Positions 1 through 9,701 are shown, numbered from the stretch's first letter. The stretch: DNA of 64,000 nt from Minisyncoccota bacterium (GCA_035500505.1 DATJXE010000004.1:126977-190976); one strand, 5' to 3'. Notes: a model not told the origin generated them from the sequence alone. A program made the numbers and translations.

Positions 1-401
1 AGCTTGCCCGATGGCTTCAAGATGCGGTGCGCCTCGGCAAGCACGGCGTTCTTGTCTTCCACTTGGAAGAGAAGATTGGAAATGAGGACGACGTCGAGCG
101 ATTCCTTGGCGATCTTGGAACCTTTTGGTTTCTCCAGATCGGCCCAGAGTATCTTGAGATTGGTGATGCCGCGTTTCTGCGCTTCGTTGTGAATGCGACG
201 CAAAAGATCTTGTTGAACATCGATGGCGAAGAGGTGTCCCGAATTCGCGAGCGTCCTGGCGATAGGCCAAATGTATGCGCCGGATCCCGCACCGAAATCG
301 GCGACCGACATACCCGGTTGAATGGCGAGCAACGAGGCGTTGCCCTCCGGCTGTGCGAACCCTGCCGTATCCGGCACGAAATGGTGTGCAGTGTGCTGCA
401 T
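1..401 (-). CDS. Class I SAM-dependent methyltransferase (3' end beyond window edge)
   Basis: Manual translation MQHTAH...VADFGAGSG (motif I)...FAIDVQ...LDVVLISNLL...EAHRILKPSGK; TATAAT 7 nt before ATG; absent from the ORF track because it runs off the edge. Confidence 0.85.
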   Translation of the reverse strand, partial: MQHTAHHFVPDTAGFAQPEGNASLLAIQPGMSVADFGAGSGAYIWPIARTLANSGHLFAIDVQQDLLRRIHNEAQKRGITNLKILWADLEKPKGSKIAKESLDVVLISNLLFQVEDKNAVLAEAHRILKPSGK

Positions 402-448
402 CAAGACAATTATATAGCAAACGGCGGCGCCTTGGCGCCGCCGCAATC

Positions 449-730
449 TCATACTGTGGGCAGTCCGTTCTCCGCGACGCGAGCCTGCCAGAGCTTCCGC
501 ATGTTATCCATAAGACGCGAAAGGTCCGCTCGGTCCGAGACATTGTTGATCAAGAACAACGCCTCTTCAACGTGTTGGGTGCAGATCGCCGATCTACCGT
601 CCGTTGCGAACTCCAGGTTTGGGTGCGTGCGTTTTGTCCGACCGCAAAAGCAGCACGGAATGTCGCGCGCCTTCGGATCGCGCTCGATGACGATAAGGGG
701 CTTGTTATCGTTAGCTGTCGCATGTTCCAT
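449..730 (-). CDS. Small protein with ClpX-type zinc-finger-like motif
   Basis: CCFCGR...SAICTQHVEEA resembles ClpX ZBD (CSFCG...ICxxCV); GGAG before ATG at 730. Confidence 0.55.
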   Translation of the reverse strand: MEHATANDNKPLIVIERDPKARDIPCCFCGRTKRTHPNLEFATDGRSAICTQHVEEALFLINNVSDRADLSRLMDNMRKLWQARVAENGLPTV

Positions 731-782
731 GCTGGACTCCGTTCGTATGCCACACCCGTAGTACGCCAGCTCGCTTCTCCAG

Positions 783-3278
783 TCAAGCCTCTCCCGTCTC
801 TGTTCCAAACACGACGAACGACGCGACCGAATCCCCTTCCCGCAGTTTCATGACGCGCACGCCCTGGGTCGCGCGGCCGGAACTTCGAATTTCATCGAGG
901 CCGGTGCGGATGGTCTGTGATTTCTTGGACATCGCAACGAGTTCGCCGCCGCCCATGACGACCGCCGCGCCGATGAGCTGCTTCGTTTTTGCCGTGATGG
1001 ACATCGTTTTGATGCCGCTCCCCCCGCGGCCCTGCTGCTTGTATTCCGAAAGCGGGGTCTTTTTGCCATAGCCCGTCGAGGAAAGCACGAGCAGTTCTGC
1101 GTCCTTCGCGCCTTTCGGAATGACGCTGCTACCGACGATCGTGTCCCCACTCTTCAACTTCATCCCGCGCACGCCGCCAGCCGGGCGGCCCATTTCGCGT
1201 ACGTCTTCAGCAAGGAATCTAATTGACTGCCCCTTAGCGGTCGTCATGATGACGTCATCGCCTTTGTGCACGAACTGTGCGGTGATGAGCGCATCGCCTT
1301 TGTCGAGGCCTATCGCGATGAGGCCCGAGCGGCGCACTTCGTAGAAATTCTTCGCCGCGACGCGCTTCACCGTGCCGTTCCTCGTCGCCATGAAAAGCGA
1401 GAGCCCTTCAACGACTTTCTTTTCTTTCGGCATGGCAAGTATCGAGGTTATCTGCTCGCCCTGCTCGAGCGAGATGAAATTCATGATGGATTTGCCCTTC
1501 GTTGCACGCCTGCCTTCGGGCAGCTCATACATTTTCAATTGGTAGACCTTGCCGCGGTCGGAGAAAAAGAGAAGGTCGGAGTGGGCGCTCGCGGTCAGGA
1601 ATTGCGTGACGAAATCCTCTTCCTTGGTGTCGAGGTCGACGACGCCCACGCCGCCGCGGCGCTGCCTGCGATATTCCTGCGGGTTGGTACGCTTGATGTA
1701 CCCGCCCTGCGTGAGTACGAGCACGTAATCGTCGTCGGCAACAAGGTCTTCGGCGCTCAAGATGGTCGCACCCTTTTTGACGATCTTCGTGCGACGCTCG
1801 TCGCCGTATTTCTCGACAACTTCGCGGATCTCCTTCTTGATAAGGTCCATCAGCTTCTTCGGGCTTTTCAAAAGCGCTTCTAATTCCTCGATGAGGGCCT
1901 GTACTTCCTTCAATTCGTCCTCTATCTTCTTGCGCTCGAGGCCGGCAAGTTTCTGGAGGCGCATGTCGAGAATGGCATTGGCCTGACGCTCGGAGAATTT
2001 GAACTTCGCCATCAACTGCTTGCGCGCATCATCGACATCTTTCGACTTCTTGATGAGCGCGATTATCTCGTCGATGTGGTCAAGCGCTTTCTTGAGGCCG
2101 AGCAATATGTGCTCGCGCTCTTTCGCCTTGGCAAGGTCGAACTGCGTGCGTTTCGTCACGACCTCTTTGCGGAACTCGATGAAATATTCGAGAAGGGCTT
2201 TCAACGAAAGCGTCTGCGGCACGCCGTCGACGAGCGCGACGACGTTGTAGTGGAAGGCTTCCTCGAGCTGCGTGTGCTTGTACAGGTAGTTGAGTACCGT
2301 CTGCGGGTTGGCGTTGTTCTTAAGTTCGATGACGATGCGGATGTCCTTGGTGCTCTCGTCGCGTATGTCGCGGATGCCCTCGAGCTTTTTCTCGTGCACC
2401 AAATCGGCGACCTTCGTGAGAAGGTCTGACTTGTTCACGCGGAACGGGATCGAGGTGACGATTATCTGGTAGTCGCCCTTTTTGCCTTCCGTTATTTCCG
2501 CGTTGCCGCGCACGACGACGGGGCCGCGGCCGGTCGCGTAGGCATGCGCGATGTCTTTCTGGTTGAACGCGATGCAGCCGGTCGGAAAATCCGGGCCCTG
2601 TACGAACTGCAAAAGATCTTCGGTCGCAGCGTCGGGATTTTCGATGAGGTGGATGGCGGCGTCGCACACTTCGCGCAGGTTGTGCGGCGGAATGTTGGTC
2701 GCCATGCCGACCGCGATGCCAAGCGTCCCGTTCAAAAGAAGATTCGGGATGGCCGCCGGCAGGACGCTCGGCTCTTTTTTGGTGTTGTCGTAATTCGAGG
2801 TGAACGCGACCGTTTCTTTGTCGATATCTCGGAGCATTTCTCCTGCAAGCCGCGACATTTTCGCTTCAGTATAACGATATGCCGCCGCGCCATCACCGTC
2901 GATGGAACCGAAGTTGCCCTGCCCGATGATAAGCGGGTAACGCATCGTAAAATCCTGCGCCATTTTCACCATCGCGTCGTACACGGAGGCGTCGCCGTGC
3001 GGGTGATATTTACCCAAGACGTCGCCGACGACAGTAGCCGACTTTTTCGTTTTGGCCGAAACGGTGAGTCCGGCCTCCTGCATCGCGTAGAGAATTCTGC
3101 GGTGCACGGGCTTCAGGCCGTCGCGCACATCAGGCAAAGCGCGCGCAGTGATGACGGACATCGCGTAGTCGAGATATGACTCACGCATCTCCGTTGAGAT
3201 GGAACGCGACACCACATTCACATGAGGCCCCTTTGGGGCCTCAGAATCGGGCTTTTTCTCGTCCTTTTTCGCTGCCAT
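783..3278 (-). CDS. gyrA: DNA gyrase subunit A
   Basis: [37 protein letters not shown], GyrA-box QRRGGVG, C-terminal pinwheel repeats. Confidence 0.98.
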   Translation of the reverse strand: MAAKKDEKKPDSEAPKGPHVNVVSRSISTEMRESYLDYAMSVITARALPDVRDGLKPVHRRILYAMQEAGLTVSAKTKKSATVVGDVLGKYHPHGDASVYDAMVKMAQDFTMRYPLIIGQGNFGSIDGDGAAAYRYTEAKMSRLAGEMLRDIDKETVAFTSNYDNTKKEPSVLPAAIPNLLLNGTLGIAVGMATNIPPHNLREVCDAAIHLIENPDAATEDLLQFVQGPDFPTGCIAFNQKDIAHAYATGRGPVVVRGNAEITEGKKGDYQIIVTSIPFRVNKSDLLTKVADLVHEKKLEGIRDIRDESTKDIRIVIELKNNANPQTVLNYLYKHTQLEEAFHYNVVALVDGVPQTLSLKALLEYFIEFRKEVVTKRTQFDLAKAKEREHILLGLKKALDHIDEIIALIKKSKDVDDARKQLMAKFKFSERQANAILDMRLQKLAGLERKKIEDELKEVQALIEELEALLKSPKKLMDLIKKEIREVVEKYGDERRTKIVKKGATILSAEDLVADDDYVLVLTQGGYIKRTNPQEYRRQRRGGVGVVDLDTKEEDFVTQFLTASAHSDLLFFSDRGKVYQLKMYELPEGRRATKGKSIMNFISLEQGEQITSILAMPKEKKVVEGLSLFMATRNGTVKRVAAKNFYEVRRSGLIAIGLDKGDALITAQFVHKGDDVIMTTAKGQSIRFLAEDVREMGRPAGGVRGMKLKSGDTIVGSSVIPKGAKDAELLVLSSTGYGKKTPLSEYKQQGRGGSGIKTMSITAKTKQLIGAAVVMGGGELVAMSKKSQTIRTGLDEIRSSGRATQGVRVMKLREGDSVASFVVFGTETGEA

Positions 3279-3434
3279 ATGTGCTCAAATTATACCAAAA
3301 ATGAGACATGAAATCCAGTCAAAAATGGCTCTACTTCGGCACAAATATTTACTTGACTCTTCTTGTTTTGAGTTGCATTATTCTAATCAGCGACATCGAT
3401 ACGGTGTTCGCGAGGCCATGAATGGAGGTTTTTC

Positions 3435-3779
3435 ATGCCCGAAGATACCAAAGCTCCTCTTAAGTACTACCCCGTTCTTGCGCGCATCTTGCTGCTACTC
3501 GGCGGACTGCCCATGGTTACGTTTCGTACCAGCGTTGTTACGGCGCGAAACCTGACGATTAACAACGATCTGATCCACAGATTCGTCACGGAATACAAGG
3601 GCCCTTCGCATAGCAGTTGCGAGAACGAGCATTACGTCGGGTTTTACCGTGACAAATCTTTGGAAGCCTTGGAACGCAAGGCGAGAAAGTTAAAACGGTT
3701 CAAGAACCAGACGTTCGAGCCCGTGGTGGAAATCGAGATCGACTTGCGCGGCGTGATGCCGACCCTGGTCGATGGATAA
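3435..3779 (+). CDS. Hypothetical protein (ORFan)
   Basis: 114 aa, GGAGG SD, TTGACT promoter-like upstream, hairpin downstream. Confidence 0.55.
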   Translation: MPEDTKAPLKYYPVLARILLLLGGLPMVTFRTSVVTARNLTINNDLIHRFVTEYKGPSHSSCENEHYVGFYRDKSLEALERKARKLKRFKNQTFEPVVEIEIDLRGVMPTLVDG

Positions 3780-3788
3780 AAACATACA

Positions 3789-3815
3789 CGCCACCGAGGT
3801 TTAGCCTCGGTGGCG
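3789..3815. terminator. Hairpin between convergent genes
   Basis: cgccaccgagg-tttag-cctcggtggcg. Confidence 0.7.
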
Positions 3816-3822
3816 GCTGTTT

Positions 3823-4071
3823 TTATTGAGATTGCGTGGAGGTCAGGTACTGGGTCGACGAGGCGTAGGCTTGCGAGAGGCCGTTGGGGTTCAAACTGTT
3901 GACCGCGCTTTGAAAATCCGGCGCGGGAGCCTGCGTGATGCTCTGGAAAAAATAGACGACCCAGCCGATGAAGAGAACCACGACGACGACTATCGCGATC
4001 CACCCCGCTATCGCCATGCGATCTTCGCGTGAGCGCGTGCGCAACTTGTTGAGCGTTCTGCGGACCACCAT
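3823..4071 (-). CDS. Small single-TM membrane protein
   Basis: Hydrophobic WIAIVVVVVLFIGWVVYFF; starts 1 nt after upstream stop. Confidence 0.7.
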   Translation of the reverse strand: MVVRRTLNKLRTRSREDRMAIAGWIAIVVVVVLFIGWVVYFFQSITQAPAPDFQSAVNSLNPNGLSQAYASSTQYLTSTQSQ

Positions 4072-4072
4072 C

Positions 4073-4693
4073 CTACGATTGTAACACTACGACGTCGCCC
4101 TCTTTCCCGACGAGGTCGCGTAACTTCACGGTCAGTTTTTCCACCGGCTTCACCCCTTCGTCTCCCGCTTCTTTCAAAAATTGCTTGAGTGTTTTGTCGT
4201 CGTAGAGAATGGGAATGATGACTTTCGGCTCGAGCTTCACCGCGAGCTTCGCGGCCTCGGCCGGGGAAAGCGTTCCCTGTCCGCCAATGGGCGTGATGAG
4301 AATGTCCGGAGAATCCATCTCGAAGACGTCCTTCGGTAGTTCCGCGCTGCCGAGCGCGCCGAGGTAGAGTACGTTCATGCCGTCGAACGTGAGTGCGAAG
4401 ACGGTGTTGATGCGCTCCTCCCCGCCGTATTTCGACTTCGAGGGAAACCCGGCTGCCGTGACCTCCTTTATCTCATACTCGCCCGGTCCAAAAACGACGA
4501 ACGGCTTTTTGTCCCCACGACTGGCCTCTTCAGCACCGTTCATGTCGGGATTGTTGAGCGAGATGAACGCGACGTCGGCACCGAAATTCGCCGCTTTGAA
4601 GTTCTTGGATTTCTTCGAAACGGGCGAAAACACTAGCGTCGTATCTCCTGCCTGTGCCCGCACGCACGCGCCTTCGTGAAATGTCAGTATCAT
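4073..4693 (-). CDS. MBL-fold (Lactamase_B_3-like) protein with degenerate metal site
   Basis: GPGEYEIKEV, LYLGALG, DILITPIGG, LEPKVIIP; usual His-containing motif reads SLNNPDMN; TACAAT 7 nt before ATG. Confidence 0.8.
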   Translation of the reverse strand: MILTFHEGACVRAQAGDTTLVFSPVSKKSKNFKAANFGADVAFISLNNPDMNGAEEASRGDKKPFVVFGPGEYEIKEVTAAGFPSKSKYGGEERINTVFALTFDGMNVLYLGALGSAELPKDVFEMDSPDILITPIGGQGTLSPAEAAKLAVKLEPKVIIPILYDDKTLKQFLKEAGDEGVKPVEKLTVKLRDLVGKEGDVVVLQS

Positions 4694-4839
4694 GGGCGCG
4701 ATTGTACCATTTTTTGTTGTATCCACATCTCATTTGACACACCGTGCATCTGGTTGCATGATGCAAGGACACCTCCGCCCAAGGATCGTTCTGAGTAGGG
4801 ACGAGGAGGTGAGAATAATTCTCAAGAAAGGAAGTGGCG

Positions 4840-5211
4840 ATGAAGCAAGCACGCTTCGGCTTGATCCTGGCCGCAGGATTACTGGCCACGTGCCCGGCGT
4901 TCGGGCAAAGTGACCCGTGCGTTCCCAACAAAACGTACGTGGTCATCGAAAACGGCAAACTTTACGCCGACGCGATAGTTCCGCTTGGGTGCTCGAGGGT
5001 CCGCGCCATGGAAATCGCGATCGATGCGGTGTTTAGTGAATTGAAAGATCGCATCGCGGAGCAAGTGAAGCCGTCCACCCAACAGATGATCAAGACGGAA
5101 CACGAGCAGTTCAAGGGTTTCGCGAACTGCACGCTGGGCCAACCCGTCGGCGACGGATGCCCGTCGCCACAAGGACCGGAAAAGTTCGTTCCAGCTGGCA
5201 CGCAGCGCTAG
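4840..5211 (+). CDS. Hypothetical secreted protein
   Basis: Signal-peptide-like N-terminus, several Cys; TTGACA promoter upstream. Confidence 0.6.
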   Translation: MKQARFGLILAAGLLATCPAFGQSDPCVPNKTYVVIENGKLYADAIVPLGCSRVRAMEIAIDAVFSELKDRIAEQVKPSTQQMIKTEHEQFKGFANCTLGQPVGDGCPSPQGPEKFVPAGTQR

Positions 5212-5242
5212 CGCGTGCCGACAGAGAAAATCCCGGGGCTGC

Positions 5243-5728
5243 TCAAGCTCCGGGGTTTTTTGTTTTCTGTTGCGACTGACTTTTCAATATGTCGCGGATC
5301 TCGACCAACAGTTTTTCCTCGTTGGAGGTCGGCGGCGAAGGCGGCGTTTGGGCCTCCTGGTGCTGGAAACGCTTGATGACCCCTTGCAGCAATTTGAATA
5401 TCAAGAATATGGAGAGACCGACGATGAGGAAATTGATGGTCGCCTGGATGAGCGCGCCGTAGCCGATGACGAGCGCGGGAGTCGTTGTGCCGTTCACGGT
5501 CGTCGCCGATCGAATGGTATAGCCGAGCGCGCCGAAATTCACGTTCCCCGTCAAAAGGGAGATGAACGGCGTAATGATGTTGTTGACGAGCGAGTTGACG
5601 ATAGCGCCGAAGGAGCTGCCCAAGACGACACCTATCGCAAGCTGGATGGCGTTGCCCTTGGCGGCGAACGCCCAAAATTCGCTGAAAAAGCCGCCTATTT
5701 TATTTCCGACCCGTCTTTCCATGCTCAT
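5243..5728 (-). CDS. mscL: Large-conductance mechanosensitive channel
   Basis: EFWAFAAKGNAIQLAIGVVLG, IVNSLVNNIITP, YGALIQATINF, LLVEIRDILK. Confidence 0.95.
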   Translation of the reverse strand: MSMERRVGNKIGGFFSEFWAFAAKGNAIQLAIGVVLGSSFGAIVNSLVNNIITPFISLLTGNVNFGALGYTIRSATTVNGTTTPALVIGYGALIQATINFLIVGLSIFLIFKLLQGVIKRFQHQEAQTPPSPPTSNEEKLLVEIRDILKSQSQQKTKNPGA

Positions 5729-5882
5729 GAAATCGATCATACCACGTAGGGACGACGCTTGCGCCCAGGCACTCTTTCCTATATATTGTGCGAGCCCGAC
5801 GTGGGCATTATTTATTACTATTCCGGTAACACTTCCCTGCCCTCAGTCACGGTAGCGTAAGCAGGATAGTCCGGAGCACACA

Positions 5883-7007
5883 ATGGCAACAGCAGAAATA
5901 GAAAAGAACATACTCGCCGAAACGGAACACGAGGAACCGACGACACCAGCAGCCTCCGGCCCCATGGAGGAGCTTTTGAGGAACGCGCCGCAGGCGCCTT
6001 CGCTCGACGACGTCGTCGAAGGCCCAGTCGTCGCGGTCGGCCGCGCAAAGGTCTACATCGACCTGCCTCCTTTCGGTACCGGCATCATTTACGGACGCGA
6101 ATACCTCTCGGCGCGCGAGGCCCTGAAGAACGTGCACCTTGGCGACATGGTCACGGCGAAAGTCGTCGGCCTTGAGAATGAAGAGGGCTACATCGAGCTG
6201 TCACTCCGCGAGGCCCGCGCGGCCTTGATGTGGAACGAGGCCGAACAGGCGCTCCAGAAAAAGACGGTCTTTGAACTCCCTATCACCGACGCCAACAAAG
6301 GCGGGCTCATCGTGCACTGGCAAGGCATCCAAGGATTCTTGCCTGCATCACAACTTTCTGCCGCGCACTACCCGCGCGTGCCGGACGGCGACAAGGACAA
6401 GATCTTCCTGGAGCTCAAGAAGTTGATAGGCCAGAAACTCGAGATGGTCATCATCACCGCTTCCCCCAAAGAGCAGAAGCTCATCTTCGGCGAAAAGGGC
6501 GCGGGGCAGTCTGAGCGCTCGACGTTGGTCGGCAAGTACCACGTCGGCGACGTCCTCGAAGGCGTCGTGACCGGCGCGACCGAGTTCGGCGTCTTCGTAA
6601 AATTGGAAGAAGGACTCGAAGGGCTCGTGCACATTTCGGAAATGGACTGGGCGCTCGTCGAGAATCCGAAGACGCGCTACAAGCAGGGCGAGCACGTCAA
6701 GGTGAAGGTCATCGAAATAAAGGACGACAAGATCTCGCTTTCCATCAAAGCGCTGCAGGACGATCCGTGGAAAGCCGCGGCCGCGAAATACAAAAAGGAT
6801 CAGAAGGTGGACGCGGTCGTCATCAAGTACAACAAGCACGGCGCGCTCGCTTCCATCGAGGAAGGCGTCGCGGGCTTGGTGCACGTGTCCGAGTTCGGCA
6901 GCGAAGAAGAACTTCGCCAGAAACTCGAACTCGGCAAGGTCTACCCTTTCACCATCACATTCTTCGAGCCGAAGGATAGGCGAATGACATTGAAGCCGGT
7001 TGTGTAA
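5883..7007 (+). CDS. rpsA: 30S ribosomal protein S1 (4 S1 domains)
   Basis: NKGGL..GFLPASQL, FGVFV..EGLVHISEM, GLVHVSEF. Confidence 0.92.
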   Translation: MATAEIEKNILAETEHEEPTTPAASGPMEELLRNAPQAPSLDDVVEGPVVAVGRAKVYIDLPPFGTGIIYGREYLSAREALKNVHLGDMVTAKVVGLENEEGYIELSLREARAALMWNEAEQALQKKTVFELPITDANKGGLIVHWQGIQGFLPASQLSAAHYPRVPDGDKDKIFLELKKLIGQKLEMVIITASPKEQKLIFGEKGAGQSERSTLVGKYHVGDVLEGVVTGATEFGVFVKLEEGLEGLVHISEMDWALVENPKTRYKQGEHVKVKVIEIKDDKISLSIKALQDDPWKAAAAKYKKDQKVDAVVIKYNKHGALASIEEGVAGLVHVSEFGSEEELRQKLELGKVYPFTITFFEPKDRRMTLKPVV

Positions 7008-7010
7008 AAG

Positions 7011-7241
7011 TTACAGGCCCCAGTCACTCCGTGTGAGGCCCGATTGTCGGACCATGGCATTCAATGTGCGAGGCTTAAAAGTCTTTGAGCCATGGAAAGG
7101 AACTTGTACCTGGTGCAATTTCCCTCCTACACTCCCCACGTAATAATGATGACTTCCTCTTGTGTGGTTTAAATAAAATTTATGTTGCTTGAGCACCGCA
7201 ACCACATCGTAGTAGTTCCAGTTGAACACCCCCTTTGTCAT
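7011..7241 (-). CDS. hicA: HicA-family mRNA interferase toxin
   Basis: 76 aa basic protein with RGSHHYY and VQVPFHG..KPRTLNAMVRQSGL. Confidence 0.85.
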   Translation of the reverse strand: MTKGVFNWNYYDVVAVLKQHKFYLNHTRGSHHYYVGSVGGKLHQVQVPFHGSKTFKPRTLNAMVRQSGLTRSDWGL

Positions 7242-7248
7242 AGCGAGG

Positions 7249-7557
7249 CTATGCGTTAATGGTCGTGTATCCGACTTGGCTTACCGAAATGGGGCTGGCA
7301 ATCGGTTTGTCTGCTTGTAAATCATTCCAAAGGTTCTCATACTCTGCATCCGGTTTTTGATTAAGGGGAGCAACTCTAGACCCTTTTATCTTTGCTTGAG
7401 ATTCAATATAACCTCGTATTGCCTCTTGAAGGTCAAACGCGACAACATCCTTATCATCACCCTCGACAACAAGATTAAACTCCAAAGCCACGCCGTACCA
7501 GGAGTCGCCATCTTTAAAAACTATCCATCTTACCTTTCCTTTTTTGGCTGTATTCAT
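7249..7557 (-). CDS. HicB-like antitoxin (no obvious DNA-binding domain)
   Basis: WIVFKDGDSWYGVALEFNLVVEGD..DLQEAIRGYIE partial RNase H-like pattern; directly upstream of hicA. Confidence 0.75.
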   Translation of the reverse strand: MNTAKKGKVRWIVFKDGDSWYGVALEFNLVVEGDDKDVVAFDLQEAIRGYIESQAKIKGSRVAPLNQKPDAEYENLWNDLQADKPIASPISVSQVGYTTINA

Positions 7558-7585
7558 AACGCGGCTAGTATACCATATTGACTCT

Positions 7586-7670
7586 CGGAGAGGGAGAGAT
7601 TCGAACTCTCGATGGGTTGCCCCATGCCGGTTTTCGAAACCGGTGCTTTAGACCACTCAGCCACCTCTCC
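7586..7670 (-). tRNA. tRNA-Ser(CGA)
   Basis: GGAGAGG acceptor, CCGGT-TT-CGA-AA-ACCGG anticodon arm, long variable arm, GTTCGAATC; no encoded CCA. Confidence 0.96.
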
Positions 7671-7830
7671 TTCGCGGAGAGCAGAAACTCTCCGCAGCTT
7701 GCATGCAAGTTGCATGTAAGCGATGAGGTTCCCGGAAGGAAACCTCACAAACGATCTGACCGTGCCCAAAAATATCATACTTTCGAACGTCTTGAAAATG
7801 CGCTAGACTATTGCGCATTCACGAGGCTCG

Positions 7831-7856
7831 CCCTGCGAAGCCTTGGCGAAGCAGGG
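7831..7856. repeat. REP-like palindrome abutting tRNA-Glu 5' end
   Basis: CCCTGC-GAA-GCC-TT-GGC-GAA-GCAGGG. Confidence 0.6.
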
Positions 7857-7926
7857 CCCTATCGTCTAGTGGTTAGGACAGCAGCTTTTCAAGCTGTTAA
7901 CTCGGGTTCGATTCCCGATAGGGTCA
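7855..7926 (+). tRNA. tRNA-Glu(TTC)
   Basis: GGCCCTA/TAGGGTC acceptor, GCAGC-TT-TTC-AA-GCTGT, GTTCGATTC; no CCA. Confidence 0.95.
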
Positions 7927-7927
7927 C

Positions 7928-8386
7928 ATGAAAAGCACTCACGGACTTCTGGAAAAAAGCGCATTGATTCTCGTCATCCTTATTCCCCTTGCGTTCATCG
8001 CCTACGCGACATGGGGTGGGAATGGAAGCTCGAGTGCGCCGACTTCGCAGGTTCCTACAACGACGTCTTTGCCAACGGCGACCATCTCTTTGAACGATCC
8101 CGCTTCCCTGCCGACGAGTATCGCCGCGGGGCAGTTCGCGTCGTTCTCGTTCACCATAAAGAACACGGGAAGTGTGAGCGGGGAGTTCCCTTACAAAGTG
8201 TCCGTGCAATGGTCGAACGGTGAAAAGGATGTGATAGACGTGAACGTCGCTTCCCTCTCGCCAGGACAATCGACGACTATCCGAGAGAACCTCAAATTTG
8301 AGGTCCCTAACGAGACCGCGCAGGTGACCCTTGCGTTGACGCAAAGCGGGCAGACCGTACAATTCGCGCTTCCGCGGAAACAATGA
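7928..8386 (+). CDS. Membrane-anchored protein with Ig/CARDB-like beta domain
   Basis: N-terminal TM, S/T-rich linker, FSFTIKNTG...SLSPGQSTTI. Confidence 0.7.
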   Translation: MKSTHGLLEKSALILVILIPLAFIAYATWGGNGSSSAPTSQVPTTTSLPTATISLNDPASLPTSIAAGQFASFSFTIKNTGSVSGEFPYKVSVQWSNGEKDVIDVNVASLSPGQSTTIRENLKFEVPNETAQVTLALTQSGQTVQFALPRKQ

Positions 8387-9018
8387 AAACGAACCACGCC
8401 AGATCGCTTTCGGTCTTGAAGCGCGACAAGAAGCTCGCGAAGCTCATTAAAAAGCACGGGGCTCCCGACCTCTCGCGCTATCACGCCAATTCCCCTGGCG
8501 TGTTCCAGGCACTCTTACGTTCCATCATCTACCAACAGCTTTCGGGCTACGCAGCGCGCGCGATACATGCTCGCGTGCTCGCTCTCTTTCCGAAGCAGCC
8601 GCCCACACCCAAAGCATTGCTCAAAATTCCTACGAGAAAATTGCGCGCGGCCGGACTCTCGATGCAAAAAGTGGAATACGTGCGCGACCTCGCGCGCAAA
8701 TGCCTCGACGGCACCATCGACCCAAAGAAATTCCCGAAACAATCGAGCCAGGAGATCATCGAACACCTCACTGCCGTGAAGGGCGTGGGCGAGTGGACGG
8801 CGCACATGGTGCTCATTTTCACGCTGCAGCGGCTCGATATTCTACCGACCGGCGATCTTGGCATCAGGAAAGGCTTTCAAAAGGCCTACGGCCTGCGTTC
8901 TCTGCCGACCAAAAAGCAAATGGAAAAGCTCGCCGAGGCGTGGCGCGGGCACGAGTCGGTCGCTTCGTGGTATCTCTGGAGAGCCGCGGATGAAGAGAAA
9001 CGGCCGGTGCGGCAGTAG
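8383..9018 (+). CDS. alkA: DNA-3-methyladenine glycosylase II (AlkA-like, HhH-GPD)
   Basis: FQALLRSIIYQQLS, LTAVKGVGEWTAHM (HhH), PTGDLGIR, ASWYLWR. Confidence 0.92.
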   Translation: MKTNHARSLSVLKRDKKLAKLIKKHGAPDLSRYHANSPGVFQALLRSIIYQQLSGYAARAIHARVLALFPKQPPTPKALLKIPTRKLRAAGLSMQKVEYVRDLARKCLDGTIDPKKFPKQSSQEIIEHLTAVKGVGEWTAHMVLIFTLQRLDILPTGDLGIRKGFQKAYGLRSLPTKKQMEKLAEAWRGHESVASWYLWRAADEEKRPVRQ

Positions 9019-9131
9019 CTTCTCAGGAGCGTTTCCTTTTGCGCGAACCTTTCGCCGGTGATGCGGCGGGCTTTTCTGACAGCTCGAGAACGGCAGGCGA
9101 TGCTCCGGAGAAGCTACTGCCGCACCGGCCG
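9001..9131. repeat. Long inverted repeat (30-bp arms, 1 mismatch, 71-nt spacer)
   Basis: 9001-9030 equals the reverse complement of 9102-9131 at 29/30 positions. Confidence 0.9.
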
Positions 9132-9135
9132 AAAC

Positions 9136-9648
9136 CTACTTTTGTGCCGTGAACGTCGTACCGGCGACCGTTCCGTCCATATTGAGGACGATGGTCTCGG
9201 TCTTCAGGTTGAACGTCTTGGTACCGTCGTCAAAGTAGATGAGCGCCTGGTAGGTATCTCCCGCAGTCGTCGCGCGAAGGAGCGGTACCGAAACGCTCTG
9301 CTGTACCCCTGGCGGGAAAAGCGCAGCGCCGAGCGTTTTGCCTTCCGAATCGCGGATGGCGACCCAGCCCTCCTGCGAAAGCGAGAGCGACTGTACCGTG
9401 ATCTCCGTGCCAGCCGGCTGATCAGCGATGGTCAGCGAATTCCCTTGGGCGATCTCGGTTGGATTCTGGACCTGCGTGCCCATGACGGTCGTGGTCGGAA
9501 CGGTTTGATGCGTGGTCGTCCCCATCATCATGTCGTGCTCGGGAGTGTATCCGGCGCGTTCGGTCGTCGTCACGTACCACCCGCCCACCAACACGACGAT
9601 AAGAGCTAGAATTGCGATAATAAGACCCGTTTTGCCCTGTGCGTTCAT
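9136..9648 (-). CDS. Membrane-anchored extracellular hypothetical protein
   Basis: N-terminal TM, T-rich linker, beta-rich domain (IADQPAG, GWVAIRD, TLGAALF). Confidence 0.8.
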   Translation of the reverse strand: MNAQGKTGLIIAILALIVVLVGGWYVTTTERAGYTPEHDMMMGTTTHQTVPTTTVMGTQVQNPTEIAQGNSLTIADQPAGTEITVQSLSLSQEGWVAIRDSEGKTLGAALFPPGVQQSVSVPLLRATTAGDTYQALIYFDDGTKTFNLKTETIVLNMDGTVAGTTFTAQK

Positions 9649-9701
9649 AAGCCCCCTAGAGTTGATTGATATGCCCCAAGTGTACAGGAATTCCCGATTC
9701 G

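Noticed and set aside
17-292. 91-aa minus ORF suggesting a frameshifted methyltransferase
   Set aside because: Manual translation shows the methyltransferase is continuous in another frame from 401 to the window edge.
7720-7750. SRP RNA (ffs)
   Set aside because: Only CCGGAAGGAA matches; the conserved CAGG/AGCA internal loop and long rod are absent.
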